Part shown: in pieces, positions 29,031-43,500 of the stretch
Layout of the letters: every line of letters starts with the position of its first letter
Position numbering within the stretch: the stretch's first letter is position 1
DNA from: the human T2T-CHM13v2.0 reference genome, Homo sapiens
Length of the DNA stretch: 64,000 nucleotides
Direction: 5' to 3' (one strand)
NCBI RefSeq assembly: GCF_009914755.1
Contig: NC_060945.1
The notes under the pieces: model-generated
The model's input: only the letters and a program-made list of their open reading frames with translations
The model's database searches: none
What the model was told of the DNA's origin: nothing
Program-made: the position numbers and the translations under genes

Positions 29031-30123
29031 AACAGTACTAAAGAAACTATGAAATAGTAAGTCAAATATAGACTTAATAAGACTTATAACCAGTAATTAA
29101 AAAAATTACAACAGAAAAACATCTCTGTTTTCATTAAATAAGCAAATGCAGAAATCCCAAGAATGCACCTTTGTTAATGAGAGCTGAATGTCCTCAGTTA
29201 CAGATGTAATTTTAAAATCTGGGACAAAACTATGTACCATGTATTGTTCTTTAAATCAGATAGATAGATGAAAATAACATATTTGAAATTTATATTGCAA
29301 AAGTTAACTGAAAAAGAGATAGAAACTTGATATAATTATAGCCATAGGAAAAACCATGATCTTTAAGACTTGGCTGCAAAAAAGACACAAGAACAGATAG
29401 TTCGCCAGTCAGTTTTACCAAATTTCCAGAGAAGAGTTTATCCCTATGCTATTGAGCATGGAGAATGTTTCAAAAAGAGGCCCATTTATTTTTACAAAAG
29501 ACTCAAAAATATTTTGTATCTTTATTCACAAGTAAGAATAACAGTTCTCATATCTTTTCATTTCTTTCTTCTTTTTCTAATCTTTCACCTCTCTCCCGTC
29601 TTCATGTCCTCCTCCTTCTATTGATTCTTTTCATTTAAATATGTTTTGCAGATTTTTAGAGGATTAATAAAACTTAAAAAAAAATTAACACTGTTTTTTT
29701 AACTTGGTGAACCTTTCCATTTCTTATTTGGTGAATGGCCTGAACTTCTACTTTGATAGCATGCATACCTTTTTTTTAACTTGATGTTTAATAAAAGTTT
29801 TGTTTTTCTTTTTTCTTTAGCTATGCAGAGTATTAAGTTCAGTTCTCAAGAGAGCTGTAATCAAACACAACCTGATGTTTTACTTAATTTTTCTTTCCTC
29901 TTTTCCTGATAAAATGTTTAATTTCTATATGGTAATTATTTTTATGGTTACTATGTTCCATGTTATGTGTTATGTCTTCCCTAAGAATGTGAATAATATG
30001 TGATATATTTCCTATTACTTTACTTTTTTATATTTAAAATTTTATTATCTGAAATGTTTTACATATAAAATGAGTTAAGAAACTTTTTTTTAAATAGATA
30101 GTCATTGTCCTAATGACAATTTC

Positions 30124-30432
30124 TTTTTTTCTTTTTTTTTTTTCTTTTGAGTCAGTGTCTCGCTCTCTTGCCTACACTGGAGTGCAGCAGCGTGATTTGT
30201 CTCAGCTCACTGTAACCTCAACCTTCCAGGCTCAAGTGATCCTTCTACTTCAGCTTCTTGAGTACCTGGGACTTACAGGCATGTACCACCAAGTCCAGCT
30301 AATTTTTATTTTTATAGAAATGAGTTCTTGCCGTATTTTCCAGGCTGGTCTCGAACTCCTGGGCTCAAGCGATTCTCCCACATAAGCCTCCCAAAGTGCT
30401 AGGATTACAGGCATAAGCCAGGGTGCCTGGTC
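30124..30432 (-). mobile_element. AluJ
   Basis: Antisense dimer ('ctcctgggctcaagcgattc'). Imperfect TSD cctaatgacaatttc / cctgatggcaatttc. Confidence 0.9.
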
Positions 30433-31639
30433 CCTGATGGCAATTTCTGAAGCAAATAATCCCTTTAGAATGGATTTTAAGTAAGATCCTCATGGCACTC
30501 CTGATTCCCATACATGCCTACATTAGGACCTTAGCTCTCTCATCTGGTTTCTGTTAGTGTAGTAATGTGTATTATCACAGCTTTATCTTCTGCTAAGCTT
30601 TCCCTTATTACTTTTCTTTTACAGCATTTAATTAATTTTACAGGTTTTATTCCACATAATTTTTAAATAAGTAGTCAAAGTATTTGAAAGCTCCAGTGAA
30701 TTTTTGATTAAAATATTTTAGAATTATATTATTTTGGGAAAACTTTTAAATTTATAACATACAATCATGTAACCAAAGAACATGACATATCTCTGCATTA
30801 AGGTCTTCTTTGATACTGGAGTCACTGTATTTATAGAGTTATAGGTATTGATTGTATCCTGAATGATAGATGCAACAGAGGCGTCTTTGGAGAAACAGCA
30901 AGGAGAAAAAGCAAGTGAAACACTATTAGGACATATTCATACCATACATATAATGGAAAGCACCCTAGACTGTTACATGTCATGCCATGAAATTTCCTTT
31001 TTCAAAATTCTTTCTGGATGAATAAGGCAGACTAAGGGTCAAGTTATTCTGTTAGTAGATGATGCCTTAAGTATTATATACCTTTGGTGGGAAAAGTAAT
31101 AGAGACGCTTAAAACTTGGGTCTATACTAGAGCAGTAGGTACTTCCTTACATCTACTGTACCTTAAGTCATTTTATAGTTTAATAAGCTATGAAAAATTT
31201 AGTAACAGATATTCTAGAAACACACTTATCTGTGCTTCTGCTATCATCAAATGATACTTATGCAATAGGCAACGATGATGCCTTCAAGTTATCCCTATAA
31301 ATTATATTTACATTTTGATATCATCCTAATTGGTAGGAGGTAATTCATATATCTGTGCACCATGATATAAAAATAAAATGTGGTTTTCCCTACTGAACAA
31401 AAGCAAGTTTTTCAAATGTGTTTTATAGAATTAATGCATTACAGACAGAAAGGAAAAAATGGATTGGGTAGGTCAGTTATTGTAAAACTAAAGTAGTTAA
31501 GTTTCATATTTCTTGACAAAGAAACTTTGCTGGGTGCTGGTGGAACAAGGACAGAAATAATTTAATTCAGCTGGCACATTCTGCGTCTGCAAATAAACCA
31601 AAACATACGCACAGCGCTCCACATTGTTGCCTGTCATCC

Positions 31640-32262
31640 TATTATATGTCTTTATCATCTCTTTCTTGAACTACAATAATCTAGCTGGGTCCTTTGCTTC
31701 CACTTGTCCCTTTATAATTCTTCAGACAGTGACCTTTTTTAAAACAAATCAGACCATGTTATTTTTTTGTTTAAAGTTTTCTATGTCCTTTCAATAAAAA
31801 CCAACCTCTGATCATGGCCCCAGTTTTCTGCACAAATGTTCTAGTCCACTTGATAATAGTCTTTCTTAACTTCTTTTATCATTCTTGGCTTAAGGATCTT
31901 TTTGTATGTTTTTTTTTATTCCAACTTGACTTTTTCCTCTAGATCTTTGTTAAGCTGATTTCTTCTAATTATTTAGATTCCTGCTTAAAATATCACCTTC
32001 TCAGAGAAATGTTTCTTGTCAGCTATCTAAGTTGCTTCCCCCTTTTTACTGTCATTCGGAAGTAGAACACAGTATTTTAGTTTCTTGGTAGCATTTCCTA
32101 GGTCATAATTTTTTTATTTACTAATATTTTTATTCTCACTGGAAATATTCACCATGATACTAGAAACCTTGCCTATATTTTTACCTTCTTACTCTCAGTC
32201 TATAGGATGAAATCTAGTATGTCATACAATCTTTGCTTATTAAATATTTGAAAGAATAAATG
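31640..32262 (+). mobile_element. L2 3' portion
   Basis: 'aaatcagaccatgtt', 'aaatatcaccttctcagagaa' and the terminal 'taaatatttgaaagaataaatg'. Confidence 0.55.
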
Positions 32263-33248
32263 CAGAAATCCTCTGTCATCAGAGGTGATCAGTTTTTCTA
32301 CGTAATCTAAAAGGTGTAAAAAGATCAACAAATTTATTCAATTAACTATTATGTTTTGAACTCTAATGGAATAAACACATTCTTAATCATTCCTTGAACT
32401 TTATACTAATGTATATTAAAGTTTTAGTAGTCAATGTGTATTTTGGTAGCTTATATTAATATTTAGCATATTACCAATATTTTCTAATTTATCTGGTTCT
32501 GTCATCATTTATTCCTGAAAAGCAGCTAATACTTCTCAAGCTGGCTATGAGCCAATGCATTTAAAAGAGGAGACTCTCACATCTCTTTATTCCTGATTTC
32601 AAATGTATATACACACATATATATTTTTAAAAATTATATTATATTAAAAAATTCAAAGGAAATAATTGTTCATTTGAATTTTTTAATATTGTTGATCTTT
32701 TTTCAAAATGTTTTTCTTTCCAAATCACTTTTTACTTAGGCTCCACTTATAGTCCCTAATATCCACCCAGACTCCTTTTATAGCTATGAACCAAAGTCTT
32801 CAGAATATCTCAATAATTTTACCATGTTTTTTATTGTAGTCTCTCTTCTTCCTATTTCTCAATCTGTTCTAAATCACAACCTATTTGTACCAATTTCTTA
32901 TTCAATCACATTTATGTCTTCCTTTGCTTACAGGGACAATTTTCTATACATAAGGATGATATTCAAAATCTCTTCACCTAATTGGTCTTCTCTACCAAAC
33001 TAAACATCACTATTTTTCAAACGATTCTCTCCTATTGACCACCGAACACATCATATCTAGAATTACTACAAAACAATCCTAATAAATTGGTCTTCCTTCT
33101 TTGAATAGCAATAATCCCAATTACTGGATTGGAAAATTTAAATTATATGTTACAATGCCTTATTATCTCACTCTTTATATGTTTTCTTCCCCAGCTACAT
33201 GAAAAGCTATTACACAGCTATTATTTTGACTTATACTTGTTTTGCTGC

Positions 33249-33325
33249 TTTTTTTTTTTTTTTTTTGAGACGGTGTCTCGCTCTGTCGCTCAGGCTGGAG
33301 TGCAGTGGCGTGATCTTAGCTCACT
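33249..33325 (-). mobile_element. Severely 5'-truncated Alu (about 60 bp plus poly(A))
   Basis: T-run plus gagacggtgtctcgctctgtcgc...gctcact. TSD cttgttttgc at 33236-33245 and 33326-33335. Confidence 0.9.
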
Positions 33326-33449
33326 CTTGTTTTGCATTTTTTATGTGACTAGCACACAATGCTTACAACTCTAGCCACTTAATTCATTTTGCTTCAAAGT
33401 GTGAATGAATACAATTTATTACCATGTAAACTGGCTAAATAATCACTCA

Positions 33450-33915
33450 TAATTTTTGTCCTCATAAGGGACAAACAGCTATAATATAAAGTTACGATAT
33501 TTCCCATATGTCCTTGAAGTGAAGGTGGCCATGTGACTCAACTTGGCCCAAAGGAGCAATATGGAGAGATAGTGGAAATAATATGTCCCGCCTCAAGGCA
33601 AGGCTCACATAAACGTATGCATGATTTTCAAACTCTTTTCCTTCCTAGCAAGCTTGATGTTAATGATAATGATAAATTTTTGGAAGCCATACATTAAAGA
33701 TGAAGAAAAATATGGAAATAGCTCAAGTTACCTCCCCAACATTAAAACAAACAACCCTCAGAGAAAATTCACCAGTTAACGAGGAACTAGAATTTTGAAC
33801 GCACTGTGAAAAAAACTAAAACAAAAGCAAACAAACAAATAAAACTTCTACCAAGTTTGAGCCATTATATGTATTTTTTTGTTGTTGCAACAGGGAACAT
33901 TATCATAACTAATAT
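33450..33915. mobile_element. Old MLT1-type LTR
   Basis: 'ggtggccatgtgactca', 'tggaagccatacattaaagatg' and an end like 'taactaata'. Confidence 0.5.
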
Positions 33916-35264
33916 ACTACATTCCTAACCAGGTTAACCTGTAGCTACCAGTACTTATAAAATTATTTCTATTTTACTACTGAATGTTTGAAGGCATTTG
34001 CCAAAAGGTGACACTTCCAAGCCTGAATATGTAAATTTTACCTGACTATTGCATTTCTCCATTCACCAAAATTAATTAATATTTAGTATGTGGACAACCA
34101 ATATCTAAAACGATTTGCATTTAATAAATAAAGTGACATCATTTTAATGTATGAATTCCTTTATAAGTAGTACAAAACATGTGCTCATAATGCAAACTTA
34201 AGAAAATTAATAATTTTTGTACTATAAAAAAATGTTGAACCATGTTTTCCAAAATGAATGACTCCTAAAATTCCCAAAAACAGGGATATATTTTTTCTCA
34301 CATCTTTTATACATTGTCTTTTTTATGTTTTAAACATTGCAAACAAAGAGAATGATCAGGAAAATTTATTTGGGAGTCTTAGTAACTGACATAATTTAAT
34401 GTGGATTGAAAAACAATGTATGAAGTCACCAGTGAATGGAGGATTTATCTATGTGGATATACATGGAATCCTTACAGTCCTTAATGTTTTAAGTGTTATG
34501 CAGTAATCTCAAAGAGAGAAACTCATTTATTTTTTGGTGTAATGGAATAATTATTTAAATTTCCTCAGCTACTGCTGAAATTTTGATTAAAATTCACCTT
34601 TTCCACACATTTTAATATAGAAAACATAGATATTATTTAAATAGAAAGGACTGGACTCCTGTCACGGACTTTTCCTAAAAACAATCTTTAACCTCCTTTC
34701 TACCCTTCTCCCTGCCTCCTGATACCAAGTTTACATAACGAAAGTCAACTAAATAGTTCCAGTATTCAACATCTGCTTTTTTCCATTTGTTTCTTACTAT
34801 GCATACTTTGCCCACAAGTGTTTCAGACAAACTGTACTCTATTCTTTTCTTGTTTCTGGTCATTTGTTCACAAAGTCCACTTTACCTAGTATGCCCTCTG
34901 TAATTTCTCCTATTTAAAATCCACCAACCCCTTTAAATACAACTAAAATGCAAAAATGCATGAAAAGGCTTTTTCCTTTATATCTAAAGATATCTTATTC
35001 TACCCTGTGCTCCCAATGTCCTTTGGGTTTCCATTACAGTCTTTAATTCATATTGCCTCATGTGATACACATTTGTGTACACGCATTTCTTAGAATGGCA
35101 ATCATGAAGGGCTCGCCATTTATGTTCTGTAGCATGTGACATATATTCTATTGATAATTATTAGTTTTATATTAGTTTTTTTCCTTTAATTTATTCCTTA
35201 ACCAAAGATTAATGTTGTTGTTTTTTTCTTCTGCACGTCTTCCTAGCAAGTTATAATTTCCAAA

Positions 35265-35419
35265 CTGGACATGGTGATGGACACTTGTGGTCCCAGCTAC
35301 TCAAGAGGCTGAGACAGGAAGATGGCTTGAGCCCAGGAGTTCCAGCCTACTGTGAGCTATGACTGCTACACTGCATTCCAGCATGGGTGACAGAGCTAGA
35401 CCCCATCTTTTAAAAAAAG
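35265..35419 (+). mobile_element. Alu monomer (FRAM / AluJ right arm)
   Basis: Single arm. TSD agttataatttYcaaa at 35249-35264 and 35420-35435. Confidence 0.85.
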
Positions 35420-35859
35420 AGTTATAATTTTCAAATAAATCTACCTTTATGATTTCACTTACCCCAAACTAAAAGAGTATGTATTGAAGTTTCTTAGAGA
35501 TGAAACACTTATCATGCTATTTCTTATGATCTCATTCTGGTATGTTTTCATAATACATGCAATATCTATTTTTCAAAAGATGATATCTGTATAATCTCAA
35601 AATTCTATGATTTTAGTAATCTGGTAATACTATAAAAAATTTATCCCATTCCTACTCAATTGTACAGTAGGAAAAATAAAAATCAGTCTCATTTTATATA
35701 ACAAGTATTACATTAGTTTTTGAAGACATAGATAACTAATGAAAGATACTTTAAGATTATATAATTTGTTATAAAGAAGTAAGTATTTGTTTTATTTTAA
35801 AAGCAACCCATACTTAGGGAAGTCAGAGACGAGAAGCTCCTACTATAGAAGGTGGAATT

Positions 35860-37500
35860 GTATTAAATTTTTTTGCTGAAGAATCAAATATATACAGAAA
35901 AGCTAACAAATCAGTAGTTACATTTTGGTAAAATTTCAGAAAGTGAAGATGCTTTTGGAGCACTGCTCAGATCCAAAGATTTTTACTGACACCCAACTCC
36001 AATGACTGATTACTACCTACCCCCTTCCTTAATAGTAACCATGCTCCTGAACGATCACCACAGACTAGTTTTTTTTCAAATAACTTTATATAAATGAGAT
36101 GAAATAATACAGATTATTCATCTCTGGTTTGTTTAGCATTACATTTTGTTTGTGCAATTTGCCTATATTTGCATAGAGCGGTAATTGGTTCATTGTGATT
36201 GCCACATTAACAGTTGATGAATGTTTAACTTGTTTTCAGTTTGAAGCTGTTATGAATAAAGTGCAATAAACATGTTTTATACGTGTTTTGTAACTATAAG
36301 CAAGCATTTATGTTGGGTGCAACTTTGAGAGCTTAAGTTTTAGCTCTTCTTTTGTGCATACATCGGTATTCAATTGTATTTTTAATTCACATGTGATCTC
36401 TAATGAGTGAGACTGCATACCTTTTCATGTGTTCAGGTAAATACCTTAGACAGTCCGAGGTTGACCGTACTAATCACTGAGATCGTTTCTTCTACCTGAA
36501 GAATTTGCTTTAGTATTTTGTTTACTGTGGGGATTCTGCTGACTACTTATTTCAGTTATTACTTGCCAAATATAACTGTCTTTGGTCTGTATTATTTTCA
36601 TTAGACATGTAACTCTAGGGCATCAACATTTTTTTCATCTAAGCACTTTGAAGATAATTTTCAATGATCATGTGGCTTCTTTTTTTTCTTCTTTAAAATT
36701 GTTTAAATTTAAAAATTGTTTTCTGTCTTTAGTTAAGTTTTGTTTTTTTGATAACTTAGTGGTCAATTTAACTTTAACCTACAATTTTAAATTTTAGGTG
36801 TTATAATATCCATTTTGGCTCTGAAAACTTTTAATGTTTTCTCCGTCTTTCATTTCCAGCAATAATGTTATGTTATGCTATGTATGTTATGTTCATTTGA
36901 GGCTTTTTTCATAGTTATTTGCTTTGTATTGTAATTGCTTGTGAAAACTGTGACTTAACATTTTTCACCAGTTTTGAGAGTCGTTGCCATTTTCTCCTTA
37001 TAGTGCTTCAGCTCCATTTATTCTTTTTTCTTTTTGCAATTTCAATTACTTATATTTTAAACCCTTCACTATCTTCCGTGTATCTTGTATATTTTTTTCT
37101 TCTATTTCTATCCTTTATCTGGAGATTTTCACTCACTCTATTGCCAAGTTTATAACTCTTTTTAATTCTGTCAAATATGTTGAAACCAGCTCACTTGTTT
37201 TATTTTTCAATGGATAATTTCCATTATGTTCTCTTTAAAGCTTTTATTTCTCTTTCAAAACTCACCATGTTCATATTACTTTCTTGCACACACATATAGT
37301 TATTTAAAGGCCTATAAAAATAATTTCAATATATGAATTCTCTATAGATATGTTTATATTGCCAAAATTTTTGCATTGTTTTTGATCAATTCTTATCTTC
37401 TTTTATTTAATTTTAAAAACCAAATGGCAGATATTTTGTATGAAAAACTATTAATATAGATTTATTCCCTAAATAGTAATATTTTATTCCACAACTTGTT
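35860..37500 (-). mobile_element. Ancient L1ME/L1M fragments
   Basis: 'ctgttatgaataaagtgcaataaacat' and 'cctgaagaatttgctttagtatt' are antisense L1M-like. Very diverged; boundaries rough. Confidence 0.45.
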
Positions 37501-38925
37501 GTTTTGTTTGAGTCTACCATTTAGTTGGAGGGTATATCACCAGATTTTAATCTTGCCTTTACTTCTTGTATTTATTGATCTATACCCAGTTCAGCTGGCC
37601 CCTAGGGTTCATACCGTCATGCACAATTGAAAGTATATGTTAATTACCAGAGACCATCATCCTTGGTGGATCCTTACCTTCAGTTTTTATTTGTCAAGCA
37701 CTATAAACTTTTCAGTATATCTGTTCAGCTTCCCATCCTTTCCTCCATAGCTTTGGGATTGACAAATACTGTAATGTGGAGAACCTAGAACACTGGTTTG
37801 ACATCCATGGGCTTTTCTTCTCTCTGGGAATGTGCTTCCCTTCCCCTTCAAGGCCATGTAGCTTTCATAACTCTCCAATGCGTTGAAACAGATTTTACAG
37901 ATGTATGTGCTTTTTTTTTTCTTTTTGTACAGATTTTATAGCTCCCACGTGGGAATGTGGTTTTTGAAACATAACATCTGCACCATCACTTTGTACAATT
38001 TCCTATACACATTAAATACCTGTAAATAAAATAAAAGATAGCACCATTTTTAGAAATAGATAACAAATGAAAAGAGCAGTAATATATTATAATAGATTGA
38101 TCCTGATTAGGATGTGTTTTATTTATACTGTCCATTAATAATTTTGAATTAGATATGCAAAACAATTACCAAAATTATATACAACATTAGAGAGCACTTT
38201 TACTTAATATATCTATCTATTTCTTGGTCACTGATCTTAGCATAATAACTTATTATTGATTTTTATTACTACTCACATAAATTTTATTTCATTAATGTGT
38301 TAAGTATTGATTTTGCCTAAATAGTTTTTAAGGTAAAGCATTCAGTAAGCAATCTGCTGATACAAAAGAATATTAAATTTTTTATACTCTACTTAATGTT
38401 CTTTATGTACTATTTTCATACATATTGTAGTTTTTAACCTTAATTATATTCTTTGAGCATTAAAATCTCATATGATAATAATTAAAAAAAATTTCTGTCT
38501 CTGATTAATTTATCTACTTTGTCATAAAAGTTACTAGATGATTATACAATTGTTTTGAGACTTTTGGAATTAGTCCCAAAGGATATATTCTTTTTCACCT
38601 CAAAACATGCCCAAAGTATAAAAAGGAGATCTTTTCTTTTTAAATTCAGATTGCTGCTCTCCTTAGTACATCATCTAAATCATTACAGATTTAACAAATT
38701 GTTCTGAGAACAAAATCTATTGAACACCACATAATAAATTTCTGACCATAAATTGTTGATGTAGAGAAAAAAGATGCTTAGCAGACCTTAGTTTAGTATA
38801 GTATTTGTGCCAGGAATTGTACTAAGGTTTTGAAATTGCACTGGTGAAAATACATGATTCTTCTAAGCAAGGAACTCGCTGTCTGGCAGATGTAAATACA
38901 TGTAAACCAATATGTAACATTGCCT

Positions 38926-39359
38926 TGTGGAGGCTAAAGCAACTCCATCTTGGATGTTAATCGGCCATGTTGACTGTTTATTAACCCCAGTTCTGGGGAG
39001 CCCTCTAAGATCTCCAGTTTATCCATTGTTCCTTGTGTAAGAGCAGGTGTTACAATAATTCTTGGCCTTAAGTCAAACAACCTTGATGTTATTGTACTTT
39101 AGTTGTCATACACATCCCTTCTGAATCATGTATACATTTACATATGGTAGATAAGCCCTGAGTTTTGGGGGCAGGGGATAATGGCATGGAGATCCACCAT
39201 CTTGTCTCACCTGCTGCCAGACACAGACATAACTTCTGTTCATAAGTCCCTGTTAAATGTTTTTTTTTTTTTCTCCTGAGAAACTGGCTATGTCAGCCTT
39301 TTTTTCTTGCATTTTTATCTTCCTCGGACTTTGGGGTAAGATCTGCCCATTGATGAACA
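38926..39359 (+). mobile_element. ERV1 MER4-group solo LTR (MER83-like)
   Basis: tgtggaggctaaagcaactccatcttgga...atgaaca, with TG..CA ends, a TATA-like 'gataagccc' and 'gttaaa'. No clear TSD. Confidence 0.7.
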
Positions 39360-39969
39360 ATAATTAAGAAAGTATTATATGTTACATGGCACCTGTACAT
39401 TGAATAGTGAATTCTCAGTATTTTGAGTTCACTAAAAGAGAAAACTCTTGACACTTGTAGAAGAAATTATGCTGGAAGGGTAAGTCTGCTGATGTCAGAT
39501 GATAAAGAGTCTTAAATGGCACAAAACACAGTATTTTCTTCTACATTTATACCCTTTTCCCTAATGCATGGCTTTAAATATCATTTATATGTTTATAACA
39601 ACCAAGTATAGACTCGAAACCTTGATTTTTTATTGATCTTTAATAAGCTATATGTCAAGGGAGAGAGTCGATAGTATTTTATGAGACATTGGTTATGATA
39701 AGATATTGGAAGAGTCCATGAGAACCTGACATTTCTGCTAATATATATGAGTGGATTTGGGAATCTGCTCATAATAATAACAGTATTAATACTATTAATA
39801 TTAACATTAACTAACATTTATTGAATCTGAATTTTGATTTATTCAAAACGTGGTCACAGATTTAAACAATACTATAAGATAGGCATTATCTTCCCAGTAG
39901 TATAGATAAAAATTTGGTAGCACAGAGAAATCCATAGTAAATGAGATTTAAGACTATGAATAGCAGAAT

Positions 39970-40547
39970 TGTTACTGGAAAGGTGGTCTCAGTCCAGATT
40001 TCAAGAGAGGGTTCTTGGATCGCATGCAGGAAGGAATTCAAGGTGAATCACAGAGAGCAGTGAGAAGAGATTTTATAGAAAGCAACTCTGTCACAGAGTA
40101 TGGCATCCTCAGAAAGCGAGTGGAGGAACACATTGTCTTTTTTTGTTGTTGTTGTTTGTTTTTTTGTTTTTCTGATGTTGGGTCTTGTCTATGCAAAAAC
40201 TAAACTAAACTGTAACTATACAAGGATGAGTAGACAGCATGACAAAATGTATTATTCTATTGATTTAAAGAAAACTATCCTTGACATTTTAGTGTGTAAG
40301 TACATCAAACATAACTGTCATTATTTTGCAAGCATATATTGTTATGGGTATTGGGACATCTGGACTTTTCTTTTGTTGTAGGTGTCTGTTCTTGTAGGTA
40401 TCTTTGGACTGTTTCCTCAGCTATAAAAATCTTATGACCATGAGTTGTCATAAGAATGTGGCAAGGAATTTAACTTGCTAGTTTTAAGATGAAGTTGATT
40501 TTAAAATGGTGTCACTCTGGTTCGCCTTGGCTTCTGCTTCCCTAATG
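39970..40547 (-). mobile_element. ERV1 solo LTR (subfamily not resolved) inside a MIR remnant
   Basis: tgttactggaaagg...agagagggttcttggatc...aaaatggtgtcactctgg...ttccctaa. Near-TSD gaat/gagt. Confidence 0.7.
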
Positions 40548-43500
40548 GAGTCAGAATTCAAACTTCAGAAACGTCTTTCTGAAGTAGGAGCATGTATTGT
40601 GAAATGTGGAGAAAATGTAATGAATTGACTTTCGAACATTTTGATTTTAAGAAGGATTTCGTACACCCAAATGAGGTAAAGAGGCTATTTTCTGAAGCTC
40701 TTTAAAATGATCCAACATAGACATTTGTCCTTAAATTTCACATGAAGGTCAGGTGGAATGCTCTGTGTTTGAGATGGCTGAGGTTAATAGTGTGTGAAGG
40801 ATAATAAAGAGGGCAAGTATAGAACCTTGGAAAACAAACGTTTTATAAGCAGTTATAGGAAAACAAGCAAATGAAGGAGAAGGAAAGAGTTTAAAATGTA
40901 GGAGGAAAATTAAAATCTGCTTTGACATGGAAATCAAGAAAAGTGTTCCAAATAATTGGAGATAGTCAATAATGTTAATGCCATAGAAAGGTTAAGGGAG
41001 ATTTTTAATGTGGGCTATAAAATTCAATGTTATTGGATTCTGCCTTCTCTACACCCTCAGCCAAAGAAAACATCTCTCTCTGGTGCTAAAAAACTTTCAC
41101 AATTTTCATCCAACCTCATCTCGCTTGGATTACGGCAAGAATAATCTATAATACTGTCATAAATTATTAATAATGTCTCATCTGATTATTACCATTTGGA
41201 ACTAAATTGGTGAAGTTACAAAATATTTCCAGATATAATTTTACTTTGTTAAGGAAATTTCTAAAAACATTTAGTTATAGACTAACTTTACTCTTCTCAG
41301 TCAAAACTTACTAAAGGTACAACAATAGTGAAAATATTAATATAAACACTCATAGAAATGTATTTTGATGGAATCAGAGGTAACATTTTAACTCTTACTT
41401 ATCCTGAACCCATATTCCCCTACCTTCTTAAAGATTCTCTGTGTCCTCTTGGAAGCCATAGTCCTCATTAATTACCAATGAATATTTGAAGTCACTCTAA
41501 CACATATTTATTTTGACAATGTTCCGATATAAATGGGATTGAGGAACTTCCAGAAAGCATTTGAAATTTTTTCATACTGAGTTTCACACATCCACAAATG
41601 TGTCTGATAGACTGGAAAAGTTCTAATAGAATCAACTCTGCAGGAAGGAAAGCTGGGATACTGAAATGTAAATTATTCAGAAAGAGGCAGGAAACTGACT
41701 GAGTCATCCATAGTCAGAAACCAAGGGGCAATGATTCCAGGAGCAATGTGAGTCCATGTGAAAATTGTTTTGTTACCATGTCACAACCATATCAAAACAC
41801 ATAGACTGCGAAGATCTGGGAAAACTTATACTTCCATTTAGAGTAGAAAAAAATTTTCCATGTGTTTTCTAATGTTTTCAAGCCATGTAAATATGCCCAG
41901 TCTTTTTGTTTCCTAGAAAGAATAGATTATCTTTAGAGGAGAATAGTTTCCATACAGCACTGAACTCTGTCGATTAATGCAATCATACATTGTTATTACT
42001 AAAACCTACACCAATCTATCTGAAAACATTGTGGTTTAATTTTATTCTTTTGAATGCAGTACATGAGCTTCTTCAGATATCGATTTCAATAACAGGTAGA
42101 TTATACATTGTAAATGAAAATGAAATATCTGATCCACACTCTAATGTAGGTACCCGGTTAGGGTACCTTAGATAGGGTATCTAGAATTTTCCTCAGAAGT
42201 ATTTCTAGAGCTCCTAAACCTCAGGAAAATTGGCTGAACCATTTCTCATCCCCAATCAAACACAAGTTCTAGAATGACCCAAGCTTTTCTGAATTAAGTA
42301 GACTGTAATATTTTTTTCTATGTTTGGTTGTTGACTACTGACTTCTATTATCAGAGTGCTGCTGGATTGGCCATTTACAATTTCTACTGCTCTTGTTCTT
42401 TTGGTCTTCACATTTCTTTTTTAATTCTTTCGTCTTCTGGCACTTTGGACTGAAGAAAAAAAAGTAAAAGAAGAATATAGGCAACTTTCATTGTCTACAA
42501 ATTTGGGCAGCCAAATTTTTACTGCCTATGTACTGAAAAGAATCTTTCCTTTTACCTGTGGCACAATGAGAATTTCTGCATTATGCTAAAACATTGCAAA
42601 CTGCCAGCAGCTCAATTATATATACTTTTATAGTTCATTACCCAAACCATCTCTCTCCCTGAGAAATCCTGAAATTTAGCTATGCCTCATTGATTCACAG
42701 TAGATATGCCACTCTGGATGTAGTTTTTTCAAAAGGAAAAAAAAGTGTACAGAATTAAAAACAACTGCACTCATTTACATATATGCTACTCTGTGATCTT
42801 GTCTGTTACTTTATTGCACTGAAGTTTCTGTTAGCCCATTGAGTGCTGTCATATTTGTTTGAAGAGCTTTCTAAAATCAAGTTCAGAATCTGATCTCTGT
42901 GTGGAACAACTGGCCTTCTTCTAAGCCTACCCTATTCATATCTGCAATTTGTTGAGCAGACAGAAGCTCTAACCCCACAGGAAAGTTTCCTGAATTTTAT
43001 GATCATCATATTTATAACTATGTGCCCTTGTGCTTGATAGAAGCATGGGGATGTATCAGAACATAATGGTTATCACTAGAGGATACTATCACATTACCCC
43101 AATAATGAAGGTTTCTCTTGTATCTTGAATGCATGTAAGGACAAACATTATCATTCATGTTACTATGATTATTATAGTAGGAATTTTACTCAACTGCAAC
43201 CTGGAGGAGTGATTCACCTATTCTTCATCTTCTTTTGTATTTTACACAGTTGTGTCTGTCATGGCTCCTTTTAAAGGACATACATATAATTCAAAAAATT
43301 TTATATCACACATAATCCCGGATGTTTGACTTACCATCCACCAGTGGACACCTGGGGCATCCAATATCCACCTATAATTTTGCTGTAGGAATCATTAATC
43401 ATCTTCTATCACACAGAATATTCCAACTGGTTTAATGAAAAGTTTATCATTGATTATTACCCACAACTAGTCACAGAAGTTATCTTTGTTAATATCTCTG

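Noticed and set aside
43338-43352. CTCF-like ccaccagtggacac and scattered TGAGTCA AP-1 sites elsewhere
   Set aside because: Core mismatch or short motifs expected by chance, with no supporting evidence.
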